Assembly: GCA_046726415.1 (NCBI GenBank)
Contig: JBKPAK010000010.1
Location: 1 to 18,860 of the forward strand
From: Candidatus Methylomirabilota bacterium
GTDB taxonomy: Bacteria; Methylomirabilota; Methylomirabilia; Rokubacteriales; CSP1-6
Length of the DNA: 18,860 nucleotides
Reading direction: 5' to 3'
Within the stretch, counting starts at the first letter, position 1; each line of letters begins with the position of its first letter. Shown piece after piece: positions 9,039 to 17,945 of the stretch. The notes under the pieces were generated by a model. It made no database searches. It was not told the origin of the DNA and was given only the letters and a program-made list of their open reading frames with translations. The position numbers and the translations under genes were made by a program.

Positions 9039-9304
9039 GCACCGAGACGCTTCTTGGCCTCCGCATGACTGACCACACGCCCGCGCTTGAGGTCATCGAG
9101 GCTGGCGCGGATCGCCGTGACCATCTCGGGATCACCGAGAATCTCGAGTGTCTCGACGATGCTCTCGTAAAGCTCCCACGGCAAGATGGCCAGCACCGGT
9201 TGCCCCCGGCGCGTGATGGTCACAGCGCGCTCTGGCGTCCGGGCGAGCCTCTCGGGGAGATCGAGCAACGCCTTCCGTGCTTCAGAGATCGTCAGCTGGG
9301 TCAT
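9035..9304 (-). CDS. Phd/YefM family antitoxin
   Basis: LTISEARKAL..AVTITRRGQPVLAIL..YESIVETLEIL.DP; ATGA overlap with the toxin. Confidence 0.92.
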   Translation of the reverse strand: MTQLTISEARKALLDLPERLARTPERAVTITRRGQPVLAILPWELYESIVETLEILGDPEMVTAIRASLDDLKRGRVVSHAEAKKRLGA

Positions 9305-9315
9305 CCGTGGCCTCT

Positions 9316-9356
9316 CTTGTACACCTAAATGTACAAGGAGATGGACAGATCGTCAA
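9316..9356 (-). promoter_or_regulatory. Promoter and YefM-type operator
   Basis: Minus strand TTGACG-17 bp-TACATT; palindrome CTTGTACA-CCTAAA-TGTACAAG with TGTACA at 9318 and 9330. Confidence 0.8.
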
Positions 9357-9370
9357 GTTCGAGCCCGTCA

Positions 9371-9444
9371 CGCCAACGAGGGCCTCATGCCTTCTCAGGC
9401 CTCAGGCAGCCTGGCGACTCACCGCTGAGCCCTTGGGGTCAGGT
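9371..9444 (+). other. Degenerate attC-like site
   Basis: CGCCAAC-GAGGGCCTCA ... GCTGAGCCCTTG-GG-GTCAGGT; arms pair with one extra base; core is GTC rather than GTT. Confidence 0.5.
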
Positions 9445-10371
9445 GGACAAGCGACGATCGCCCAAGGCTGCCATGTAATGGCGGAAGAAGCTGTCATCCA
9501 GCTGCCGGAGCGCTCGACGCTGGCGGACAACCTCGTCGGAGAGGCCACGCTGTTCGAGGGGCAGGAGAACCAGGAGATGTCGAAATACCCGGGCGCCGTC
9601 TCCCGCATCAGGGATGTCGTCGACGCAGAAGAGGGGAGCCAGGGCCCGGTGGCGCACGAGGAGCCAGGCAGGGAACCAGGCGGCGGCTGGCGCCCTGTCG
9701 GCCAGCGTCTCCTCGAAGGGGAGGACTTGCATGAAGGTGAGCCAGGCTGCGCGAAGGGCGTGGTCTGGCAGCGTCGGCGCGTGCGCCTCGAAGAAAAGGG
9801 GATCCATCCAGCACAGCGGCAGCCATAGGCAAGTCGCGATCTCGGGTGCGCCGAGGTGGTGCTGCGCCAACCCCATCCAGTAGCGCAGGGGCGGCGTGTC
9901 CCTCCACCGCGGTTCATCGTCGACGGCAGCGCGCACGCCCGGCCAATCGCCGTACTGCTGGCAAAGCCACGCGCGGTGTGCCGACGGATGGGCGGGTGCG
10001 AAGGGAAGATCGGCTGCCCCCGCGGCCAGCGCTTGCCACACCGGACGGAGGAAGGCGGAGGCGTCCCCACCGAGGAAACGCCGCGCCGCCGGGACGAGTC
10101 GGCGCTCGGTCATCTCGATCCGCCCGGTCAGTTCCTCATGGGTGAGGGCGACGATGGGCACGGTCAGCATCTCGGCCAGCACCGTGAGTGCTCCCAGGTC
10201 AGGGTGAAGTGGGTAGTCCTGCCCGAGACGACACAGGGTCGCCTCGGTGCGATCGACATCGCGCATGATGAGCCCGGTCACGACGTCGTGGATCAGGATG
10301 GCGTCACGGCCGTCGACGAAGAGATCGAGCTGTCGCCGATCGGCAGTCTGATCCGCAGGCGCTCGATCCAT
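9439..10371 (-). CDS. Hypothetical protein, predicted helical, with N-terminal QLDLF motif
   Basis: 310 aa ORF with protein-like composition (Trp-rich: WLPLCWMDP, AWFPAWLL); QLDLF at 10318-10332. Confidence 0.7.
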   Translation of the reverse strand: MDRAPADQTADRRQLDLFVDGRDAILIHDVVTGLIMRDVDRTEATLCRLGQDYPLHPDLGALTVLAEMLTVPIVALTHEELTGRIEMTERRLVPAARRFLGGDASAFLRPVWQALAAGAADLPFAPAHPSAHRAWLCQQYGDWPGVRAAVDDEPRWRDTPPLRYWMGLAQHHLGAPEIATCLWLPLCWMDPLFFEAHAPTLPDHALRAAWLTFMQVLPFEETLADRAPAAAWFPAWLLVRHRALAPLFCVDDIPDAGDGARVFRHLLVLLPLEQRGLSDEVVRQRRALRQLDDSFFRHYMAALGDRRLST

Positions 10372-10555
10372 CAAGGAAGGACCATCCGCATCATCTGCTT
10401 GGAGGAGCGATCATCCACCGCGGCATGTTCATGTATATCTGAACGGGAGCCTCGCCGTGAAGCGGGAACTCGAGAACAGGAGGCCGAAGAAAGGTGAGGC
10501 GTCGCCCAAGCTCGGCGAACCGATCGAGCAGCTCGCGGCCGAGGTGCGGCTCTGA

Positions 10556-10680
10556 AGCGACCTCCTGCCTGGCATCCAGGGCGTCGTCGTCTACGGGGCC
10601 GCGCTGATCATGATCATGCTGTACCCGCCCGAGGGGCTTACTGAGAGCGTACGCCAGGCGCTCCGGGAGCGCGCCGAGCG
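10556..10680 (+). pseudogene. 3' fragment of branched-chain amino acid ABC permease (LivM-like)
   Basis: LLPGIQGVVVYGAALIMIMLYPPEGL, last TM helix pattern YG...ML..PEGL; preceded by in-frame TGA. Confidence 0.65.
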
Positions 10681-10891
10681 CGGTGTCGCGGAGGCGGGAT
10701 CTCTCTGGCTGGACGCCCTGCGCTGGTCTACACTCTGTGAGGAGGCCATCGCGATAGCGCGAGCAGCTCGCCGGCCGGGTCTCGCCCGGCCGGCGCTCGC
10801 GGGAACGGACGTACCCCCGCGCGTTCCGCCGCATGCGACCGCTGTTCTCGGTTAGCCTCGGAGCAGGGCCAACATACCCCCGGAGGTCCCA

Positions 10892-11350
10892 GTGCCAGTC
10901 GATCGCTCGTACGTGGCCGAGAACGATGCAGAGCGGGAGCGGCTTCGCGCGCTTGCCCGGCGCCTGAGCGACCAGGACCTCGCGCGCCCGATGGACGCTG
11001 GCTGGACGGTGGCCGCCGTGCTCGCGCACCTGACGTTCTGGGATCAGCGCATCGTGGTCCTGCTCGACCAGTGGGAGCGAAAGGGCGCCTCGTGGACGCC
11101 GCCCCTGGAAGAGGCGCGCGACGTCAACTGGATCAACGATGCGGCGAAGCTGCTCTGCCTGGCCCTCCCGCCCCGTGTCGCGGCGGAGCTCGCCCTGGCC
11201 GTCGCCGAGACGGTGGATCGGCGAGTCGCCGCGGTGAGCGACGCGATCATCGAGGCAAACGCGCGGGCCGGCGCGCCCCTCAACTGGCGGCGCGCCGAGC
11301 ACCGCCGCGAGCACCTGGACGAGATCGAACGCGCGCTCCGGCGCGCCTGA
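10892..11350 (+). CDS. DinB/YfiT superfamily (maleylpyruvate isomerase N-terminal-like) protein
   Basis: GWTVAAVLAHLTFWD and EHRREHLDEIE His triad; GGAGG SD before GTG. Confidence 0.85.
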   Translation: MPVDRSYVAENDAERERLRALARRLSDQDLARPMDAGWTVAAVLAHLTFWDQRIVVLLDQWERKGASWTPPLEEARDVNWINDAAKLLCLALPPRVAAELALAVAETVDRRVAAVSDAIIEANARAGAPLNWRRAEHRREHLDEIERALRRA

Positions 11351-11431
11351 CGCCCCGTCCCTGGCGCCGCCGCGCGGTCGACTGGGACAATCTCGGCGCG
11401 GGCCGGCGGGGCTCGCGCGAGGAGGGCGGTC

Positions 11432-11614
11432 ATGGCTGCAGAGCGCGCGCAGCACGCTGACCTCTTCCACGCCACGCCGGGCGCCCAGGTCGATCTTTTC
11501 GCCACCGAAGCCAAGCTCGCGCCGCGGCGAGATCCGCGCTGGACGTCACCAACAGAGACGACTGATGACGCAGACGTCGTCGATTGGTTGACACTCAACG
11601 AGAGGGTCCAGTAG
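11432..11614 (+). CDS. Small hypothetical protein or 5' gene fragment
   Basis: Strong SD GAGGAGG before ATG; TGgGACAAT extended -10-like motif upstream; no family recognised. Confidence 0.35.
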   Translation: MAAERAQHADLFHATPGAQVDLFATEAKLAPRRDPRWTSPTETTDDADVVDWLTLNERVQ

Positions 11615-11657
11615 TGTGACGCCACCGACGAACACACGCCGGGCCTGCCAGGAGGAC

Positions 11658-12097
11658 ATGAAAGGCGAGAAGATCGGTCGGAAGCCATTCGAATCGCTAT
11701 CACGTTAGGCTCCCCCAAGATCCGGACGGCGGTTCGCTACGTCGCCACGAACCTTGGCGTGCCCCATCCGCTCGCCAACGAGCGTTTCGAGACTGACGAT
11801 GTGGATCTCTTCGTCCGCCGGTTCGGCGAGCTGATCAATGCGAGCCGCGATGGCCAGACCGCGATCGCCGAACTCCTCCGGCTCCACCTTCGACGCGTCC
11901 AGCACGACCAGGTTGGGCTGGCGGTCCGTCTGTATCCCTTCACCCGTTCGCGGCACCAGGACCAGCCCCGCGTGGTCATCATCGATCCGGCGGTGGCGTT
12001 CGGTCGCCCGGTGATCGCTGGTACGGGAATCGCCACGGCTAGCATCGCCGAACGCTACCGGGCCGGGGAGTCGATTGCGGACCTCGCCGAGGACTAC
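11658..12097 (+). pseudogene. DUF433 / VapB45-like antitoxin, frameshifted and truncated
   Basis: AIR..RYHVRLP/KIRTAVRY..HPLANERFETD.VDLFV..LINASRDGQ..IDPAVAFGRPVIAGTGIAT..ERYRAGESIADLAEDY, then abrupt junction; 5' boundary uncertain (SD + ATG at 11658). Confidence 0.8.
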
Positions 12098-12182
12098 ACC
12101 GGGCCGTTGAGATCGAGGCCCTGATCCAGGGGGCGGCGTCCGCGCATTCGTGCTGACGGCGAAAAATCTCAGTGGCCCGTAG
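12097..12182 (+). pseudogene. Internal fragment of VapC45-like PIN toxin
   Basis: HRAVEIEALIQG / GVRAFVLTAKNLSGP* with a frameshift; fused to the DUF433 remnant. Confidence 0.6.
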
Positions 12183-12271
12183 AGAACCTCGAGCTCGGCT
12201 CCCACCGCCGCGCTGCCCGTCCCGGCCGCGCCGGTAGGGTCTCAGTTTGAATTGGGCGGTGGCGCGCTCCG

Positions 12272-12478
12272 CCCTCTGATCTTTACCTCGCGCGTGCCCG
12301 TGCACTCGGCCGGGCTGTAACGCTGCTCGGCGCTCGCGCCCTTCCCTGAATCGCTGCCGTTCAGCTTGATGAGCATGGCGTAATCCACGTTCGCGCCGAA
12401 GGCGCCCTCTACAGCCTCTAGGTAGGGCTTGTGGTCGTCGGTGGTGAGCTGGACTCGATGGGCCAGGCGTGCAGCCAT
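12272..12478 (-). mobile_element. IS1-family transposase internal fragment
   Basis: RLAHRVQLTTDDHKPYLEAVEGAFGANVDYAMLIK...RYSPAECTG. Confidence 0.8.
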
Positions 12479-12715
12479 CTCGACGAGCCCTCGCAGGGCC
12501 TCGGCCCCCGCATCGTCGAGCTGATCTTCGAGGCCATCGACCCCATCCGCCGGCAGCGGCGATTGACGATCCTGCTCGTGGAGCAGCGCGTGGTGGAGGC
12601 GCTGGAGCTGTGCGACCGCGGCTACGTGCTGGAGACCGGGCGCGTCGTGCTGGAAGGGCCGCGCGAGGCACTGCTGCCCGACGCGCGAGTGCAGCGCGCC
12701 TACCTTGGGGCGTGA
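12479..12715 (+). pseudogene. 3' fragment of LivF-type ABC ATPase
   Basis: LDEPSQGL.P..TILLVEQ..ALELCDRGYVLETGRVV..VQRAYLGA*; Walker A missing. Confidence 0.85.
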
Positions 12716-12793
12716 GCGACGACCGCTCGGTCAGTAGTTCCGGGCGTCCCGGGCGCTGGGCCGGGAACGCGCATGCCCCGAGGCGACGCTTCC

Positions 12794-12829
12794 TTGACCG
12801 TGCTGACGTAAGACGATATCTTACCCAGC
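12794..12829 (+). promoter_or_regulatory. sigma70 promoter and operator of abrB-vapC, probably leaderless
   Basis: TTGACC-17 bp-TATCTT-7 bp-ATG; palindrome GTAAGA-CGATA-TCTTAC over the -10, flanked by TGCTG/CAGCA. Confidence 0.75.
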
Positions 12830-13060
12830 ATGAAGACGAGAGTGTCCTCGAAGGGCCAGATCGTACTGCCCGCCGAGATTCGACAGCAAGATGACATCGA
12901 AGCGGGACAGGAATTCGAGGTCGAACGCCTCGATCGTGGCGAATACCGGCTCCTGCGCCGCAGCGCTCCGACAAACGAAGGGGTTGTCGATTGGCTGCTC
13001 GCATGTCCCGACAAAGGATTCTTCGTCGCGGTTGAATCCGAGTCGACCAACACCCTGTGA
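12830..13060 (+). CDS. AbrB/MazE/SpoVT family antitoxin
   Basis: MKTRVSSKGQIVLPAEIRQQDDIEAGQEFEV. Confidence 0.9.
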   Translation: MKTRVSSKGQIVLPAEIRQQDDIEAGQEFEVERLDRGEYRLLRRSAPTNEGVVDWLLACPDKGFFVAVESESTNTL

Positions 13061-13467
13061 GGTACCTGGTCGACGCCAACATCCTCAGCGAACCTACCAA
13101 GCTGTCGCCCGACTCCAGGGTTGTCGAGTGGCTCCGCCGCAACGAGCGGGAGATCGCGGTCGATCCCATCATTCTCGGCGAGGTCCGGTTCGGCATTCTC
13201 CTCCTGCCAAAGGGCCGGCGCCGCGCCAGGCTCGAACGGTGGTTCGATGAGGGCGTTCAGCGCGTCGAATGTCTGCCGTGGGAGATGCAAACGGGGCTGC
13301 GCTGGGCAGAATTGCTCGCCCGTCTGCGCGGGTCGGGCCGCGCCATGCCGATCAAGGACAGCCTCATCGCCGCCACCGCCCTTGTCCATGGGCTCGTCGT
13401 CGCCACCCGAAACCGCACCGATTTCGAAAAGGCGGGAGTGAAGGTCGTCGTCCCCTTCGCTGGCTGA
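13057..13467 (+). CDS. vapC: VapC PIN-domain toxin
   Basis: YLVDANILSE, GE, DSLIAATALVHGLVVATRN..DF; GTGA overlap. Confidence 0.92.
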   Translation: MRYLVDANILSEPTKLSPDSRVVEWLRRNEREIAVDPIILGEVRFGILLLPKGRRRARLERWFDEGVQRVECLPWEMQTGLRWAELLARLRGSGRAMPIKDSLIAATALVHGLVVATRNRTDFEKAGVKVVVPFAG

Positions 13468-13762
13468 GAACTCGTCTTCCGGCCGTCGCCAGCGTGCACG
13501 GCTCTCGCAGCTCGGGCGGTGCGGGTTCCGGGTGCCACCGCCCAGCCTCTCGTGGGCGTGACGTTCTCCTCGGACCTCGTGCCAACCGCGCGAGATCCAG
13601 GTCTACGAGCTCGTCGAGCTTCGACCTGAGCACGTCGTCCAGCCGGAGAGCCACGGGCTTCGCGTGGTGGTCATCTTTCCCTCAGCGTAGAACAGCGTGC
13701 GAGCGAGTGCTATAGTCGGGCGCCGCGCATCGCTTCATTCCGCCAGGAAAGGAAAAACTCGG

Positions 13763-16099
13763 ATGGTCGACCACGCCGGCGTCGGCGCGCCCCGGAAGCG
13801 CAAGGAGGATCCGCCATTCCTCACCGGCGCCTCCCGCTTCACCGACGACATCTCGCTGCCCGGGCAGCTCCACGGCGTGGTCGTGCGGTGCCCCCACGCC
13901 CACGCGCGCATCCGGGCCGTCGACGCCACCGCCGCTCTCGCCGCGCCTGGCGTGCGGCTGGTCCTGACGGCGGCCGACATCGAGGGCGAGATCGTCCGAC
14001 CGATTCCCTCCTTCTCTCGCACCCCGCCCTTCGACATCCGCGGCCCGGACGGGGCGATGGCGTCCGAGGCCGAGCAGTTTCCCCTGGCCGGAGAGGTGGC
14101 GCGCTATGCCGGCCAGCCGGTCGTGCTCCTGGTGGCCGAGACGCTGGCCGAGGCCGAGGACGCGGCCGAGCTGGTGCGGATCGACTACGAGCCACAGCGG
14201 GCGGCCATCGGCATCGAGCAGGCGCTCGCGCCGGGAGCGGCTCTTGTCTGGGACGATCGGCCGGACAACGTGTCGTTCGAGTGGGAGGGCGGGGACCGGA
14301 GGGCCGTCGATGCGGCGTTCGCCCGCGCGGCTCACGTGGCACGGGTGGAGGTCGTCAACAACCGCATTGCCCCGGTCTTCATGGAGCCCCGGTCGGCCGT
14401 CGCCGAGTACGACCCCGCCGCGTCGCGGTGGACGCTGCGGGTCGGGTGCCAGTCCGCCCACGGCATGCGCGCCGTGCTCGTGCACATGATGGGAATCGAC
14501 CTCGACCGCCTGCGCGTCGTCGTACCCGACACCGGCGGCGGCTTCGGGGCGCGCGGGGGCGTGTACCCGGAATATCCGCTGCTCCTCGTCGCCGCCCGGC
14601 GGCTCGGGCGTCCCATCAAGTGGACGGCCGAGCGGCGGGAGGCGTTCCTCAGCGATTACCAGGCGCGCGATCACGTGCTGCGTGGCGAGCTTGCCCTGGA
14701 CGCCGACGGCCGCTTCACCGCGATGCGGGTGCGGGTCGACTGGCACCACGGTGCGTATTTCACGACCCGCAACGTGTGGGTCATGGTGCACTACCTCCCG
14801 CCCACCCTCGGCGGGCCTTATCACATCCCGTGTGGCCACGTGGCCATCCGAGGCGTGTTCTCCCACACCACGCCCCTCGCCGCCTTCCGGGGCATCGGGC
14901 GCATCGAGGCGAACTACCTGACGGAGAGCCTGATCGAGGCGGCGGCTCGCGAGACGCGGATCGATCGGATCGAGCTCCGACGACGCAATATCGTGGAGCC
15001 CGGGGCCCTTCCCTGGACCACTCCGGGCGGCGCCGTCGTGACCGGGGGTGCCTTCAGGGAGCACTTCGAGCGCGCGCTCGATCTGGCCGACTGGCGTGGC
15101 TTTCCCGGGCGGCGCGCGACGAGCCGGCGCCGAGGTAGGCTCCGAGGCTTCGGCATCGCGATGTACGTGGAGAACGACGGGAGCACGCCGACGGAGTTCG
15201 CCGAGATCCAGGCGACGGGGGACGGCCGGGTGATGGTGTGCGCCGGTACCCAGGACTTCGGCATGGGCCACGCCACCGTGTTCTCCCAGATCGCCGCGGA
15301 GGCGCTGGGCGTGTCTTTCGACTGTGTCGATGTGATCTTCGGCCACACCGACCGGGTGGTACGGGGAGCCGGTTCCCACGGCTCGCGATCCGCCCGGATG
15401 GGCGGCGGGGCCGTTGTGCTCGGCGCGCAGAAGCTGGTGGAGGAGGGACGGCCGCGCGCGGCCCGTCTGCTCGAGGCGGCGGCAGCCGACCTCGTCTATA
15501 CGAGCGGGCGCTACACAGTCGCCGGCACCGACCGCGGGGTCGGGCTCTTCGAGGTCGCCGCGGCGGCCGAGGCAGCGCGCGAGCGCCTGGCGGCTCAGGC
15601 CGATTTCGTCACCGCCGGCGACGCCCACGCCACTGGCTGCCATGTCTGCGAGGTGACGGTCGATCCCGACGACGGCACCGTGCGGATCGAGCGGTACGCG
15701 ATCGTGGCCGATGTGGGGAAAGCTATCAATCCGCTGATCGTTCACGGCCAGATGCACGGAGGCGCCGCACAGGGCCTCGGTCAGGCGCTGATGGAGCACG
15801 TCGTCTTCGAGGCTGCCAGCGGACAGCCACTGGCCGGTAGCTTCATGGACTACGCCATCCCGCGGGCCGACGATCTTCCGCCTCTCACCGTGGAGCTCGA
15901 CGAGCTCGCCGAGCCCGACAATCCGCTCGGCGTGAAGGGCGCGGGAGAGAACGCGACCACCGGGGCGCCGGCCGCGGTGATGAACGCGCTGCGCGATGCC
16001 CTGCACGCGGCCGGCGCCGGCGGCGTCGACATGCCCGCCACCCGCGAGCGGGTGTGGCGCGCCCTCGATCGCGCCCGGCTTACCGATCGATCCAGGTGA
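13763..16099 (+). CDS. Xanthine dehydrogenase family molybdopterin-binding large subunit (CoxL/CutL-like)
   Basis: RKEDP.FLTG...FTDD, GGGFG, AFRGIGR, GQMHGGAAQGLGQAL, NPLGVKGAGE; start at ATG 13763 after AGGAAAGGA; TGcTATAGT extended -10 upstream. Confidence 0.92.
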   Translation: MVDHAGVGAPRKRKEDPPFLTGASRFTDDISLPGQLHGVVVRCPHAHARIRAVDATAALAAPGVRLVLTAADIEGEIVRPIPSFSRTPPFDIRGPDGAMASEAEQFPLAGEVARYAGQPVVLLVAETLAEAEDAAELVRIDYEPQRAAIGIEQALAPGAALVWDDRPDNVSFEWEGGDRRAVDAAFARAAHVARVEVVNNRIAPVFMEPRSAVAEYDPAASRWTLRVGCQSAHGMRAVLVHMMGIDLDRLRVVVPDTGGGFGARGGVYPEYPLLLVAARRLGRPIKWTAERREAFLSDYQARDHVLRGELALDADGRFTAMRVRVDWHHGAYFTTRNVWVMVHYLPPTLGGPYHIPCGHVAIRGVFSHTTPLAAFRGIGRIEANYLTESLIEAAARETRIDRIELRRRNIVEPGALPWTTPGGAVVTGGAFREHFERALDLADWRGFPGRRATSRRRGRLRGFGIAMYVENDGSTPTEFAEIQATGDGRVMVCAGTQDFGMGHATVFSQIAAEALGVSFDCVDVIFGHTDRVVRGAGSHGSRSARMGGGAVVLGAQKLVEEGRPRAARLLEAAAADLVYTSGRYTVAGTDRGVGLFEVAAAAEAARERLAAQADFVTAGDAHATGCHVCEVTVDPDDGTVRIERYAIVADVGKAINPLIVHGQMHGGAAQGLGQALMEHVVFEAASGQPLAGSFMDYAIPRADDLPPLTVELDELAEPDNPLGVKGAGENATTGAPAAVMNALRDALHAAGAGGVDMPATRERVWRALDRARLTDRSR

Positions 16100-16406
16100 A
16101 GGAGAGCCGCCGGCCGAGATCATAGCCGTCGTGGTGGCGAAAGCCCTTCACGTACGGCGGATGGGCAACTCATCGACCGATTATTCACGTACGCTATTGC
16201 ATCGAGCAGGCGAAGGAGTCTTCGAGGAATGCCGCTTATCTCGGGCTGCTTGGAGGACGTGTCTCGCTAGGATGAAAGGCCGGCCATCGCGGCTAGCCTC
16301 ACTCAAGTAGCCCCTTCAGCAGGGCATCTTTCCCATCCACATAGAACTGGACGCTTAGCTTCGCCTGGGATACACACTCATCGGACGTGGCGATCGCGGC
16401 GCGGGG

Positions 16407-17713
16407 TTACGTTCGCAGTACCCCCCGAGTGCGAGTCCCGTTCTGGAGCCTGGTGTATGGCCGCAGTCCGCCACAACCCAGCTGGTTCTTGTAGATGACG
16501 CCGTCTTTCATGATGAGCTTCAGGTTCTTCTCGGGATCCGCCAGGACATGCAGGTCTGCCAGCGGGTCTCCCTCCACGACCAGTAGATCCGCGTAGGCGC
16601 CAGGGGCGATGGTGCCGAGCTTCCCTTTCTGCAGGAGCAGCTCGGCATTCGTCGCCGTGGCAGAGCGGATGATGCAGGCAGGCGCATCCAATCCCGCCCT
16701 CATTTCAAATTCCTGGAGCTGTGACTTCCGAGCATCCACCCCCTACAAGTCCGTGCCAAAGGCGATCGGCAGGCCGTACTGCTTCGCCCACGCATATACC
16801 TGCCTCCCCTTCGATACGGTCTGCTTGAGACTGCTGACGATCGCCTCGGGAAGATGGGTCTCGTTCGCGCTTTCCATGCGCTGGACGAGCGATATGAATG
16901 TCGGATCGAAGTAGACACCGTACTCGGACATCATCGCCACCGTCTCTTGACTCACAAAATTGGCATGCTCGATGGAGCGCACGCCCGCCCGCAGGCACCG
17001 CCGGACCCCTTCGTCCGTGTAGACATGAGCCATGACATAGGTGCCACGAGCCTTCGCTTCCTCGACGGCCGCTTGCAATTCCGCCTCTGAAAATTCATAG
17101 AGCGTCGGATGAGATTCCGATGGAAACACGACACCCCCTGAAGCAAACAGCTTGATTTGCGTCGCTCCTTTTCGCAACTCCTCGCGGGACGCCTTGCGCA
17201 CCTCGTCGATCCCATCGGCGATCACCGACATGACCGAGAATGGATTAACGTGTCCACATGGATCATTGAGCTCGGCGGGAGAGCGAAAATCAGCGCCCCC
17301 GCCCGTCTGGGTCAGCGCCCGTCCCGAGTAGAAGAGTCTCGGCCCCACGATGGCCCCCTCGGCCAAGAGCCGGGCAATCGAGTAGTCCGCGCCACCAGCC
17401 TCTCGAATCGTCGTGAACCCGTCCATCAGGCTGTTGCGCAGGTAACTCGCGGCCACCAGGGCAATTTCTGAAGGAGGATAGGAAATGTTCCTGGGGCTCA
17501 ATGACAGTCCCGTGATATGCGCGTGCGCATCGATGAGACCTGGCAGGAGAGTGTTCGACCGGCGACGTCGATGACCGTCGCGTCGCCGTGATCGATGGGT
17601 CTCGAGGACACTGAGTGTATGGCGTTGCCCTTGACGAGAACGTCGAAGGATCCCTGCCGTTCTGCGAACCCATCCAGGATGACGTTGGCGTTTGTAAAGA
17701 GCGTGTTCGGCAT
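16407..17713 (-). pseudogene. Metal-dependent amidohydrolase (imidazolonepropionase / Xaa-Pro dipeptidase-like), disrupted
   Basis: GRTL/LPGLIDAHAH with a frameshift in a CT run near 17548; GFTTIREAGG, SIEH; in-frame TAG at 16743-16745 in GTDL*G; continues GTIAPGAYADLLVV..IMKDG. Confidence 0.88.
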
Positions 17714-17945
17714 GTCAGGAGCTCTCGGCCACTCCCGTAGCTCGTGGCGCCGTCAGTCGTGGGAACCGCTCATGAGCGTGTTCACGCCCATGTCCTCGCG
17801 GGCGCAAGGCGGACCGGCCATTATCGGCGGACGGCTGACCAGGAACTGCTCTCACCCGGCTCCTCCCGGGGAGCCTCTACCATTCGCGCTGTTCCTGGTC
17901 GCATCGCAGAGCCCGAGCGCCAGGACGAATTGCACATGCTCGTGC

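Noticed and set aside
10851-10873. GTTAGCC / GGCCAAC before the dinB-like gene as a cassette boundary
   Set aside because: No L boxes and no attC downstream of the gene
11704-11710. GTTAGGC as an attC R' core
   Set aside because: Explained as codons (HVRLP) of the frameshifted DUF433 gene; no matching left arm
13763-16099. Aerobic CO dehydrogenase (coxL form I)
   Set aside because: Lacks the AYXCSFR copper-binding motif and the coxMS genes
13682-16123. 813 aa minus-strand ORF
   Set aside because: Antisense shadow of the molybdoprotein gene, common in high-GC DNA
16100-16400. AT-richer spacer as ncRNA or gene
   Set aside because: No convincing structure; only a short unidentifiable minus-strand stub (..QFYVDGKDALLKGLLE*)
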